Part shown: piece by piece, positions 36,341-49,018 of the stretch | Layout: each line of letters starts with the position of its first letter | How positions within the stretch are numbered: the first letter of the stretch is position 1 | Assembly: GCA_052426225.1 (NCBI GenBank) | Contig: JBNJNM010000009.1 | Span: 1,054,001 to 1,118,000 of the forward strand | Direction of reading: 5' to 3' | Length of the DNA stretch: 64,000 nucleotides | Source: Zancudomyces culisetae HAW-14-8 | Taxonomy: Eukaryota > Fungi > Kickxellomycota | Notes under the pieces: model-generated | Seen by the model: only the letters and a program-made list of their open reading frames with translations | Database searches by the model: none | Told to the model about the DNA's origin: nothing | Made by a program: the position numbers and the translations under genes

Positions 36341-38498
36341 TTTGCTTTTAGGACTCTTTTGCAATATGTTGCTGAAACTGCTAAAATGTGCTTTTTCTGT
36401 TCTTGTAAAATATGGATGTTCAGTCTTGTTGTGCCTTTGAAAAACTCTCACGCCGCTGCAAACGCTTCTTGAGGTGGCAACTCTGTTTACTACTCCGAGA
36501 TTGTTGCTGAATAAAATCCAATTTATCTTTCCAATCGAGCGTGATCCGAGAGGAATGATATTCATTCAGGCGTTTATGACTATTGTTGGCTCAGAAACCT
36601 TGTGTTCCTTTTTTTTCCTTTTTCTTGAGGTGATTTTAGATACAAAAAAAAGAGTCAAAATTTTGTCATTAGTTCTAATTTCCTGAGCTATTTCCCGCAA
36701 ATTTTACAAGCCCCACAAATCCTCCTAAACTTTCCTTTTCTGGGGTTGTTGGATCGATAAACAGAGGTTAATTTTGGCGATTTTGCGACCTAAAAAAAAT
36801 TTTTTTATTACAGGATTGCCAGATCAGCTGAAGGCAAAAAAATTTTTTTCTCATTTTCCATTTTTCCATTTTTCCAATTTTCCAATTATTCATTTTTTTC
36901 CAATTTTCTCCAATTTTCCATTTTTTTCCATCTTTTGCCCTACAATTTCACAATTAATGATTACCTGGCAAAAAAAATGGCCTTGAATATAACCAGAAAC
37001 AGTACAACACACCAATGATTACTACTATATCAACCTATCTCTAATAACTTTTACGCCCCAACATTTATTCCCATATTATAAATCACTCAAGCATGTGATC
37101 TAGAGTTATTTGCTATTTTTGCCTTATTACTAGCATAAAATGTAATACGAACTATGTAGCTATTAGGTTTGAATGATAGTATCCACCAACCCAGCCTTTT
37201 GTCTGATAAAATGTTGCTGCGCTTAGCTAAACGCCAGCCACTGAGTTCTGCATGCTACCCAACACTAAACTGGTTTTAGTTACCCATTTAAACCAACTTA
37301 ACTCGATTTTTGGTCATGAGTCTGTTTGAGTGTGGTGGATGGGGATGCTTTTCAAAGCTAAGATATTGTGATAATCGAGTATGAGATCTGAGTATGGTAT
37401 TGGGTGGACCCCTTCACTTCTTATTGGGGCGGCAAATGTATAAAAAATAAAGACGAATGAGAGCTGACCCCCCTTTTTGAAGCACAATAGCTCTGGTCAA
37501 ATGGTGTTTGGATACCAAAAACACATTAGAAATTTCAACCTTCAAGATCAAGGATAGATGTTGTTTGCTGCTACTTTAAGGTATAATTGGTGACACCTAT
37601 CGCAACTACAGTATAATATTTCATCGGCTCAAGTTTGGCACTATTACTGAGAAAGATGTCTAGTGATAATATGCAATCGATAAAAAAAGAGATGTGAATA
37701 AAAAGGAATAGCAAAAAGTATTGCGCGAGTTGGCATAGATGATCATCTGTTATGTACTTAGAGTAGACGTGAAAATCTGTTCTGACACCAACATGAAAGA
37801 ATAAGAGAATACACTGTCAAAATATTGTCGAAAAGATTAGGCACAATCAATGAAAATATACATATTGCAGGTCTCATGGGTTGCTATTTAACGACATCCG
37901 CAACTTATGACTCATAAAAGCCGACCTTAGGTCCAGATATTAGAAAAATGCATACTTTTTCAAAGCTTGAATAGCTTTCATATGCATTTGAAACTTGATT
38001 GGAAAACTTATTACCTATTTCCATCTTGGGAGTAATCTAAAAAAATTTTTTAGGCGAGAATTGGCGCTCGTAATACCAAACCTAATTCCCCCAATCATTT
38101 AAAAAAAAAAGTATAAATAGCTCCCGTCGCCGTACATTGCTTAGACTCAGAATGATGAAGATTAATCGCGTTATAACAGCAATTCCAATATTAATTTAAA
38201 TTTACCAGGGTGATAATCAAGACAAGTACACTAGTAGGAAAAAAAATAGTGTCTAAATTCAAGTGTATTTTTACTGTGGTTCTGAGTTGTGATAGCTTGG
38301 ATTTTATACTGACTAGATGATGATTTAGTGCAAACTGACAAAGCAACTAAAGGGCAAAAAAAGAACGAAATAATATAAACTCCTGTATACAAAAGACTCA
38401 ATACTCTCCTAACCATCTACCGGATTGGATAAACTAAAACAAGGGGGGCTCATTTAAAAAGAAAATACAAAACATCTATATAAATATAAGGATCAGAT

Positions 38499-40168
38499 AT
38501 GGCATTTACAAAAATCAAAGATAAACTTGCTAACAGGCCCATTGTGCTGGTACTGGTTGCAGTGTCACTGTTTTCGTGAGTCTCAATATATCTCTATTTA
38601 ATTATTGAATTGCTAAAGAATTTAAACAAAGTCTTTCTATTATTTTTTCCTTGTAAATGGCTGAAAACTAAAAGGAATCAAATTAAAAAATACTATCAAT
38701 AGGGATGCCGCAGCATACGGCGTGATACTTCCATCGCTACCAGATATCCTTCAGAAAAGGCTAAACCTTAGTGAAAGTGTGAATGGATTTCTGATGGGTG
38801 CATATGGTAGGTTTCCTTTTTTTTTAATGTACACCATATCTTTTGCATATGGCTAAAGGTGTATTCATATAAACGTATAAACATATAAACATCACTGCCT
38901 AAACAACAATTGTAGGATTTGGAATTATCATTGGTGCAGTCGTGTTTTCATACTTTTCCGATAAATATCATAAACGCAGAGTGCCAATGCTTGTCGGATA
39001 TATAATATACATGGGCTCATCTATAGGACTTGGGATGTCAAAAAAGTTTTGGATGATGCTGATGTTCAGAATAGGCCAGGGAATAGGGTCAGGAACCATC
39101 TGGTCCTTAGGTTTAGGAATGTTAGCCGACATCTACCCTAATGACAAGCTAGGCGCACCAGTTGGTACGGCATGGTCTATGCATTCTCTTGGAACTCTCG
39201 GTGGTCCAGTCATTGGTGGTGTGTTGTATGAATACGGCGGTGAGATGGCAATTGCGTGGTTTATGGCCGGCCTCTCAGCTGCGTGCGCAATCTTGAGGTT
39301 CTTCATTCATGATGTAAGTGAGTTGGTAAAACTGCTAAACGAAAAGGACGAAGCTGCTAAAATAGCACTAGCAAACAACGAGCTTTCTGTTGCAACTGAG
39401 GAGCAAATTGGTCTACAAACAAAAGAAAACGGTGTATCAGTCCAAAACAATACTGGCGCAAACGATGATTCTACTCCAATATCTACCTCTAATACCCTGC
39501 AACCTCAAAATAACACTACATCAGTTAACCGAAAGAAAAATCTTACAATGCTTGATTTAATCCGTGAGCCACAAATTTGGATTTGCTGTTTTGCTTCAAG
39601 TGCTCTTTTTGGTGTTTTAGGGGCCATAGAGACCATATTGCCAATTATAGCTACAGATAGGTATAACCTCACAAGTGCGCAAATTGGATTTGTGTTTATA
39701 GCGCTTACTATACCTAATATGCTTTCAGCTATTATTGCCGGAAGAATCACTGATTCTGACCGAATGTCTGCAATATTTGGCAAGTCCCGCAAAAGATTCG
39801 TTGTTATGCTTTTAGGAAACTGCCTTACCGGCATTTTTTGTATAATACTAGGACTTGTCAATGCCTTGGTCCTATTTATCATCGCAGGTGCACTGCTTGG
39901 CTTTTCGGCTGGTGTTGGTGCTGTGCCTACAATAGCAGCGATGGCAGAGCACAAAGAGACTATCGGAGAAGGCTCCAATACACAGTTGTACTCTTTGTTT
40001 AATGTGGGCTACTCCATAGCAGTTTTAACTGTACCTATTGCTGCCTCTGCAATATTCTCGGCCACAACACCCTTTATTACGTGTCTAGTTGCAGGGCTGT
40101 TCGTAATTGTTTGTAGTGTTATTAGTATCTCTTGGCTAATCATCAGGTTTAGAAAAACATGGAAATAA
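38499..40168 (+). CDS. MFS transporter (SLC18/vesicular amine transporter-like), exons 38499-38575, 38703-38806, 38916-40168
   Basis: About 12 hydrophobic segments, motif A-like SDKYHKRR, FRIGQG and GPVIGGVLYEYGG. Confidence 0.85.
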
Positions 40169-40454
40169 ATTCTCCCTTTTTATAGGGGTCACAAATAAGA
40201 GTAATTTAATATTAGCTATAAATCTACCAATAAAATATTTGTGTTGTTATTTTTTCAGCAATTTTTTGTCACAAATCAGCAGAATCAGACACTTCCTGGT
40301 ATCAAGCAAAAGCCGAATGCCGAAATTCGGGCCAAATTCACCTGATTTTTGTATTGTTGAGCGTGAATGTGAGTGTGAGTGTTAGAACTGTTTGGGTATG
40401 TAAGCAAAAAATAAAATAACACAGCAATCCAGCTATCAAACGATTAAAAGCCAA

Positions 40455-41389
40455 ATGAGTCAGACTGTAGAAGAACGAAATTTAAAAGTAATTCTGGGCC
40501 TAACAGGTAGCGTTGCGAGTATAAAAGCCACTGAGGTTTGCAGCAAGCTTGTGGAAATTGGCGCCAAGGTGATTAATTTTTAATTCCCCTTTCTTTTATA
40601 CACTTTTATTCATATAAAAGCGGAGAAAAGTAGAATGTAACAATGTGAAAGGTAAGTATAGAACGGATACCGGGTCGAGATAGCAGTGGTAAGCACAAAT
40701 TCCGCGCTGCATTTCTTTGATGTTGGAGAGATAAAAAAGTTTGGGAAGGTATACACGGACAAAGACGAATGGAGTGTAAGACTCGTGATTGTTTGCTTTT
40801 TTTGGACATTAATAGTGGAAAAGCATTATATTCGATTTGTGAATCAACGATATTGGCTCTTGTTTTAAATAGATGTGGTCAAAAAAAGGTGATCCAGTTC
40901 TGCATATAGAGGTAAAAATAAATTATAGTAGTGTGTATGTAGTATTTTTGCTGTCCACTTTGTTGTGGCTTTCAATAAAATAGCTCAGCTAAAAGTTTAG
41001 TACAATATCTGCAACTTTAATCATATGTATTTTTCAAATTACAATCCCCAAAGCTGCGAAAATGGGCGGATGTAGCGCTAATTGCTCCTGTTGATGCCAA
41101 TACCATGGCAAAAATAGCAAACGGATTATGTGACAACCTTCTAACGTGTTTGTTGAGAGCGTGGGATTTGAAAAATCCTGTGGTTCTGTGCCCAGCCATG
41201 AATACCTTTATGTGGAATCATCCAATGACTGGCAAACACCTTCAGATAATTGAGGAAATGGGATACACTATCGTGAGTCCGATAGTGAAAACTTTGGCCT
41301 GTGGAGATCACGGAAATGGTGCGATGGAAACGCCAGAAAACATTTGTTTATTTTTATTTGATTTCCTTAAGAACAAAACAAAGATATAG
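40455..41389 (+). CDS. PPCDC: Phosphopantothenoylcysteine decarboxylase (HFCD flavoprotein), exons 40455-40568, 40662-40775, 40873-40911, 41054-41389
   Basis: LTGSVASIK, VLHIELRKWAD, ANTMAK, PAMNTFMW and LACGDHGNGAM, with catalytic His and Cys present. Confidence 0.93.
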
Positions 41390-41816
41390 TCTGCAGAACT
41401 GCCACCAAAATGTGTAATTGGATTTCCTTGGTTTTATAAATCTTTCTTGTTATTGTAAAAGAGCGAGCTAAATGGTCATTAGTAATGCAAAAACACACAT
41501 ATGCCATTTCACAAGCACGGGTGAATTTTTGGATTTTTGCCATCTTACCCCCCTCCTCTCTCACTCCCTCCTTTTTGATAGTATTGGACTAAATGTAACA
41601 AAGTTATATTGATTTTTTTTGAGGGCTGTTATAAAAAAATAACCATAGACTTTTTATTTATTGTTAGTCGTTATACTATTCATTATCATAAAGACGTTAC
41701 TTTAGCGAGAAATAGGGGGGGGGATTAAATAATTAAATTAACGAAATATTAGAAAATCAATAAGGGGGGATGTCGGTGAAACCATATACAGTTGAGCATA
41801 ACTAGGTGGAGAGAGA

Positions 41817-42398
41817 TTAGAAAATCAAAGAATACAATACGAGCAAAACTACAGATACGGACATGTTGATTACAGCAAAGGGAGTTAGAGGTGATGCTGC
41901 TCCGCTTGTAGGTTCAGGAGTGGAAGCAACTGTGCCTTCTGCAGAGGTGTTGGCACCGTTCAGTGCACTATTTCCTGTTGGAGCACTGGTAGCTAAAGTG
42001 GCTTCAGTAATAACTGAGGTGACTCCGCCGATAACAGTAGTAGATCCATCAACGACAGTGGTAGTGCCATCAATAACAGTGGTAGCTTGACTAACAACAG
42101 TGGTAGCTCCACCACCAATACCATTGTTATTGGCAACTGAGCTTGAATAGTTAAATCCTCTCTCGTTACCACACTTAACACAGGATGCCAAATCGCGTTC
42201 AACCATTTTACAGCAATAGCCTACATCACAATCCTTTGTAGAATATTGACCAAACTTTTGGGATGCCATTCGGGTCAAGTTGATGCAGGAATATCCTGGG
42301 AAGTTTTGGGCAGTAGCTATCATGCTGAAGATCAACAACACTCGTGCAACAACGGCCAGCATTGAAGTCATGTTTTTTGTTTGTTTGTAGTTTACCAT
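41817..42398 (-). CDS. Secreted, probably GPI-anchored protein with a 6-Cys N-domain and a Thr-rich stalk
   Basis: N-terminal hydrophobic signal, C-C-CC-C-C pattern, TTVxDG repeats and a hydrophobic C-terminal tail. Confidence 0.75.
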   Translation of the reverse strand: MVNYKQTKNMTSMLAVVARVLLIFSMIATAQNFPGYSCINLTRMASQKFGQYSTKDCDVGYCCKMVERDLASCVKCGNERGFNYSSSVANNNGIGGGATTVVSQATTVIDGTTTVVDGSTTVIGGVTSVITEATLATSAPTGNSALNGANTSAEGTVASTPEPTSGAASPLTPFAVINMSVSVVLLVLYSLIF

Positions 42399-43991
42399 CT
42401 TTTTTTTTGTTTCAACACACTTAAGCTGTTTATTCCTGCTGAATTCTAAGTAATGGCATAATAATTCAATGGTTGGTCACAAAGTTAAAACACGACTCAG
42501 TTTAAAATTAGTATATACTAGTGATACCAACTTACTTTTCTATAATTATCGGTTTTAAAACCTTCTTTTTGGATATTTGCAAAGTATTAAATAGTTTTTT
42601 CACGCTAACCAACACTTTCACCGGCGAAGAACACTAAGGTTTCAGGGAGTATAGTTTTAAATTATTTCTTTGAATTTATCAATACGAGTACTGTAGGTCT
42701 GGGTTACAGTTTTTTCTTTATATACTAAACCAAAAAAATCTTTTCAACACAAGTATACACACCCTTCCTGACCTTTTCACCCTTTCTCATTTTTAAACGA
42801 GTATGCTTTGTTTTTACGTGACACGCGCTTCAATTTGCACATTTAGATTATTATACGAATATTTTCTTTTTGGCAACGCTGGTATAGATAACTTTACCAT
42901 AAAAGGTGAATGTAGATATCTCAACAATCAACTGTGGTAAAACGCTTTAAGAAAAAAAAAACACAATAAGCTAGAACAATGTAATATATTTATGAATAGT
43001 ATAAAGAAAAATTAATGATGTAGTGCTGCACAATAAATAAACCAGTAAAGTATGTAGATAATGGGAGTAATAATGTCGGTTTATGGATATGTACCACATG
43101 GCATCATTTGCCCATCCACTTTATTTTTAAAGTTGTGTGACGCAACTTTTTGCTGTTGTCTGGTTTATAATAGCCACTACTTTGCACTAGCCAAGATAAT
43201 GCACAAATGACACAAACGTGGTGAATACTTGAAAAAAAAAGATTTATTTGCTTTTTTTATATTGTTTGACTTTGTTAGACGGATGTCACGAAAAAAGAAA
43301 AAAATTTAATATTAACACAAAGCTAGTACACTAATTAAAGAACTCGATAGTAGCCCTGCACTTACTATACAAATAAGCGGGAATGAAGAAAAGCAACATT
43401 TTTTCGTATATTGTAAATGCCATTTGGTACAAGGTGCAGACAAGCATTATATTTTTTAGTGGGTGTGGAATTTATGGACTTTAAAAAAAAATTAACTTAA
43501 AGCGAGCTATTGGGTGCTATATAGAGGTACAACGTATATATTTAACTCTGGCTAACAAAAAAAAGAAAGGAAAATACACAAGAATTGTGATTCGACATTT
43601 TTGAGTGGAGTGGTGGATTCACGAATTTAAAAGTGTACAGTAGTATTGGGCGTTTTCTACTAATATCACTTGGATTTCAAGTAGTAGAGACCAAGACTAT
43701 CATATAATTATAATCAAATTGTATAATGTGGACGATCGAGACCACAGTTTGCTGGTATTCGCGCCTTGCAAGAGAATGTATAATCAACGACTAAACTTTA
43801 GCTTTGTGATAATTTTAAAGTTTTCTATGGTTTTTCACATCAATGACATGAATATACGGATATAATGCAGAATTGAGGGTGTATATATTATAAAATGATC
43901 GCTCAGGCGTTTTTAACAAACATTGAGCCCAAAAATAGTTAAAGTAGCTCTAGTTAAAGGTATATCCACTGGGTGTAGTGAGAAGGATAGA

Positions 43992-44388
43992 ATGACAATA
44001 CAGACTAAGGTTGTATATCAGATAATATTCGGGATATTAGCCGCTTTGTTGGTTCATGAATTGTCGTGATGGTTCGAATAGTGACAGTGAAGATATTATA
44101 GTCAAGGTAAATAATGATATCGTGGTGCACTGTAGTGGCACTCGCCTTTGTCTTTTAACAGGAGATCTTGTGGTGCGTAGGGTTAGTAATGATGGTTCCA
44201 CAACTTTTGGATGCAAAACTAAACAAGGTGCAAACGGCTCGGATACGGTTTGTGGTGTCAGTGTGAGTACAGGTAACAGTCTAAGTGGATTTCTCGGTGG
44301 AAAACCAAGCAACGCCCAACCGCTTTTTGGTACAAGTGTTTTTATGTCTTTGGTTACAATGCTTTTCGTTGCGAGCTTTGTTTTGTAA
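43992..44388 (+). pseudogene. Small Cys-containing GPI-like protein whose signal peptide is out of frame (frameshift near 44050)
   Basis: ATG 43992 encodes MTIQTKVVYQIIFGILAALLVHELS*. The body ORF 44056-44388 is in the +1 frame and has 5 Cys and a hydrophobic C-tail. Confidence 0.45.
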
Positions 44389-44824
44389 TAATCTTGTTAG
44401 CTGGTTTTGAACTTCATACCGTTTGCATCTAGGATTCCGCAATATTGGTAAATAATAAAAAGTTAGCTTTAATCGTATTCAGATTAAAGCAAATATGAAT
44501 GGGAGAGAGTTGTGAATGGATTTTTGATGCTCAGCTTGTGAGCTATTTCTAAAAGCCATTGGTGATTTGTGTATTCCAGCTGTACATACCTTGATATTTC
44601 TATATAGTGGCTCAACAACATTTACGTTTAAATCTAGGGAGGAGGGGGAGAAAAAAGAAAAGTCAATAGTAGATTATATATTGACTAAATTCATATGATT
44701 CGGCGTGAAATTCGCAAAAAATAATAGATTAACAAAAAGGTAATATAAACAATGGTTATTAGTAATATGAAGGATCTGAAGAGATAAAAAGGCTGAATCT
44801 GTTAAGGTGGTGTGTATAAAGATA

Positions 44825-46808
44825 CTAGGATTTAGGGCTGGATTTTGATAAATCATCCAAGAGCTGAATCGATCTTTTCATCGCAGAGGCAGATATACTG
44901 GAATCTGCAAGAAACTCTGAGGAAACAGAAGATTGTGGAGTAAAAGAGGTAGGAGATGGTGCAGAGAACGCAGAATAACAAAGTGGGGTCCGTGGTATAG
45001 CACTAGTGGATTTGCCACGTGTTGGTAATTCACGCAGATTCAACGTGAAATCGTTGTATTTTGATAACAGGGGAGACGTTGAAGCAAGTAAGTTTCCATA
45101 TGGATTATACGGAATAGAAAGGAAGGGGAAAAAGTGTAAAGTGGATGTAGAAGAATAAAAGACAGCGAGTAAAGAGCCATACTCAAATTGGTTGCAAAAG
45201 GAGAAGGAAGATACAGCTGATGAGTTGGTTGTAGGGGATACAACATACCCAATTGGATCCAGCACAACACGAGAGTTTCCAGCGACGAACAAAACCTGTG
45301 GGAAGATGGAATAAACATAAAGCAGGTTTAGAGAGGGCTGGTTATCGGGGTTATCGAAGGAAACAACCAGTCTATTTGATTGTGGATTAACCGCGATAGA
45401 GCGGATAGAACATGAAGAGTTTTGGTCGTAATCAAATGGCAGTAGTTCGCAAACCTTGACTGCATCAAAGAATTGGGAAGACATCCGAAGGGCATACAGC
45501 TGGTTGCTACCAAGTAGAGTGAAGAACGCCAAGCGGTGACTGTCATACTCTAGCCAGCAAAGGGATGAAACAGGACGAGTAAAACAGTCTAGGTACTGTG
45601 ATTCGTAGCTGTATAGATTCCAGAGACGAAGTTGGTTGTTATGGTGAGTGGAAATCAAGCAGGATCCATCTGGGCTCATGAAAAGATTTCTAACTCCCTT
45701 CAGTTTGTTTGCAGTCTTGCTAAAAATGTTGGTACTGCACTCCAAGTAGGTTACTGAAAAGGTGGCTGTATCGCATATAATTATTATGCCCTCATTTTTC
45801 ATTCCACAGTATATTTTGTCTCCAAGAGGTGAAAATGCGATTGATGATATAGATTTCGGTTTTTCCCCGTTGGTCATAAACAACCTCTTAGACTCTATAT
45901 ATTTTATTCCATTTTTCCCTACATTTTCGAAGAGAAGAATATCGCATCCAAATTCTCCACAAACTGCCAAAGAATAATCTGTATTGGGTTGCCAACAGAC
46001 ATCCACAACACTACCCAAAACTTTTAACCCAGTTATTACAAATTCTTCCTTTTGTAAATCATAAATGCTGATTTCACTTTCTTTTCCATGCTTTGCCGCT
46101 TCTACCACTGCCACAAGCGTTTTTATCGGATTCCATCTAATAATCCCCATACTTTCCCCGTTGCTTTCGCCCTCACAGTTTGTCTGGAATTCAGGTGTAT
46201 CTGCTTTTCTAAAAATCCCCTCTAATCTTTCTCTAATCCTTTCATCGTATATCCGATCTGTGAAATTAGTTATAAACTCAAGTATCTCATAAAATTTTGT
46301 TCGTTTTAGCACCAGACTCTTGATTTCCTTGTACTTTTTATCTAATTCTTCCGCCTTTGATTTTGTAAATATAATTTCACATATACCATAAAAGGTAATG
46401 CCACCTAAAAAGTCCACAACAACTTGTGAGAATATAAGTACAAATAGTTTGTATATAATGTTTATCTTGTTCTTGTCCTCAGATACACTTGATTCGTGTG
46501 TGTTGATCACCGGTATGGTTGTATTTTTCTTTGGAGGAGTGACAAAATCTAAATCAATAATATTTTGAGTAATACAACCCTTTTTAAATATAATTCCCCC
46601 TTGTCGTTTAAATTCGTCTTGTACACTAGGATCCCCTTTCCTAGCATAAACTATTTCATCGGTGCGGTCAATGTTGAAAGTTAATACTCAATATATAACA
46701 CACGTTTTTATTGTAAAGTATTTTTATGGAATTTAAAAGCGTTACCAAATCTATTCTTGAATTCCCCCAATGTCACTTCATTTTCACAAGGTGGTTCTAT
46801 TCCTCGTT
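44825..46808 (-). CDS. Aladin (AAAS)-like WD40 nucleoporin; 5' end incomplete
   Basis: Upstream exon IEPPCENEVTLGEFKN resembles the aladin N-terminus. WD repeats include DVCWQP, AFSPLG, MSPDGSCL, LRLW and PQSNRLVVSF. Confidence 0.7.
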
Positions 46809-47521
46809 CTATTTTCACGGATTTACTCTTTTAGTAATTGTTTTATTAAACCAAATAACTAGGCTGGCAGTTCAACAATCTAAAAATTACTATGTGGTCT
46901 TTAACCAAAACATGGTATACTTTTCAGAATATGCTCAAATGGCCAAAACTTAAAACTTACCCTGAAAGGTTCTTGCTACAACGTTTAGACCCATTTCAGC
47001 CACAGAATGTTATTTTGTTATTCTATACTCCTCTATACCCTAGTTTTTTGTTTTTCCTTCAGATCTGGACGTGTTGTTAGCAAATGTGTGATATCGAATT
47101 CGAGGGATTTTGTTTTCATATATTCAACACCTAAGCATATAATGTAAACAGAGAAAAATTACAAATTCTTTATAATTGGCGGTCTCTTTAGCAAAATAAA
47201 AAAATTCAATAAATAATAAGCAGCTTTTTTTTGATTTAATTAAAAATTTTTTTTTGTTATTCAAGCAGAAAGTTAAAGAGGAATAAAACTCTTTTTATTG
47301 CTTAAAGGATATACTACCAAAGTCATATACACATCTAATTCAGGGCAATAATCCGTAAAAACAAAGAAAAGACCAAAACGTGTGACTATACAAATGCTTC
47401 AAAGAAAGAAAAAAGCAGCAGTAAGGACAAAATGGTTATACCAAAATACATGGAAGGAAATTGATACTCTTTACGGTCAGGTTTTCTTGATGGCAACGTC
47501 TAGAAAGAAGGTGAGCCAAGG

Positions 47522-49018
47522 CTAGCTGTCAGGGCTTAGCAATCTTGATTGAATAATCTCAACCATCATCTTTTTTCGCAGAAACTTTATATCGCTTTGT
47601 GAAAAGGTAAACTCTTGACGCCTCGAACTCAGCTCCGCAAATGTACAGGCAAACACGCCACAATCATAACCATTATTTTGTGTAGGGATATCTTTGGGGG
47701 TAACATAACTCCACTCGCCTAAATCGAGCTCGATACTACGCTTTGTTTTAGACTCGCAAAGTAGATATTCTGGAATGGATATAGAGCAAGCATTGTTGTT
47801 TCCCAACATGGAATCATAGTAGAATATGGTCTTTTTTTTGACATCAACTACGCAGCAACACCAATGATTTCCCAAATGTACTGGGATGAGAACAAAATCG
47901 GTTTTGAAAATATCTGTTTTCTTTGTCCATCGACGTACTTTTTCGTATCCGTTTCGTAGTAAAGTTGGGTAAAAAAATGTATTAAATGCAAATACCGAAG
48001 GATATTTATTTGGAGCTTGATTGCACCTAGCCATAATAAGTTGCATGTAATAATTCACAACTTCATCGTTAAGCCAGTTTCTATCTACCAGTGTTTTAAG
48101 ATCTCTGGGTTCAACCACCACATTATTTATTTCAAAAACCCTTCTATTTTGAAACGCGTCAAGTATTATCCGATCTGCATCGTTTGGCAGTCCTGGGAAT
48201 AGTTGTTTCTTGGTCATTCGCAGCTTTAGCCACTCGTCGACTTTTTTCTTTTTCTCTGTATCAATACTGGTATACTGGTCAAACAAAGGAGTTTTTGCAT
48301 CATTTTTTGGTGGCTGTATTGTTAATGCGGCCTTGATTCTATTTTGGAGAAGGTCCAACTCCTCCAATATATCATTATCTGGCTTTGTCTGTCCTAATTG
48401 TACTTTTTCTTGTTCTATTTCACTTGCTTCTCTAATTTCTAGAGAATCGAGCTCTTTAAACTTTGATTTATTTTCCAAGTAGGTAGGGTAGTATCTGTCT
48501 AAATTTTTATAACTACTATCCCTGCTTGATCCTCCCGTCCTCCACGAACTTGTATATGATATATGTTTCTGTTCATCTCTATTCGAATCCTCTGAATTAC
48601 TCTGCTGTTTGTCGGTTTTTTCATCTTCACTAGTGTCGTTGATATCTTTATCCGACTCTATGCTTCCACTGCTATCTGATGTGCCGTGGTATGCATTTTT
48701 AATCATCTTTTTGATTCCACCAAAAAAGTTCCTAAACACGGTGGGAATTAACAATTCACCTATTGAAATCTGCAGCTGGGAGTTTTCTCTGAGGTGATTA
48801 TAAAACGATTGCTCGCGATTACTCTCTATTTGTCGTTGCTTATTATGAATATTTGACTGTCCATCTGGTTTTTGTCGTTTATAGTATACATTGATAGTAA
48901 CATTTTTATCCCTGGTATTGTTGGCTTGTATATCATTAGATGAAGTAGTCTCTTTTTCTTTGAATGCACCAGGAATTGAATTCACCAAATTTTCGAAGCC
49001 CGACTCGTATCCATTCAT
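47522..49018 (-). CDS. ULP1: SUMO protease Ulp1 (peptidase C48)
   Basis: WLNDEVVNYYM, FNTFFY, VRRWTKK, IPVHLGNHWC, YDSM and QNNGYDCGVF. Confidence 0.92.
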   Translation of the reverse strand: MNGYESGFENLVNSIPGAFKEKETTSSNDIQANNTRDKNVTINVYYKRQKPDGQSNIHNKQRQIESNREQSFYNHLRENSQLQISIGELLIPTVFRNFFGGIKKMIKNAYHGTSDSSGSIESDKDINDTSEDEKTDKQQSNSEDSNRDEQKHISYTSSWRTGGSSRDSSYKNLDRYYPTYLENKSKFKELDSLEIREASEIEQEKVQLGQTKPDNDILEELDLLQNRIKAALTIQPPKNDAKTPLFDQYTSIDTEKKKKVDEWLKLRMTKKQLFPGLPNDADRIILDAFQNRRVFEINNVVVEPRDLKTLVDRNWLNDEVVNYYMQLIMARCNQAPNKYPSVFAFNTFFYPTLLRNGYEKVRRWTKKTDIFKTDFVLIPVHLGNHWCCCVVDVKKKTIFYYDSMLGNNNACSISIPEYLLCESKTKRSIELDLGEWSYVTPKDIPTQNNGYDCGVFACTFAELSSRRQEFTFSQSDIKFLRKKMMVEIIQSRLLSPDS

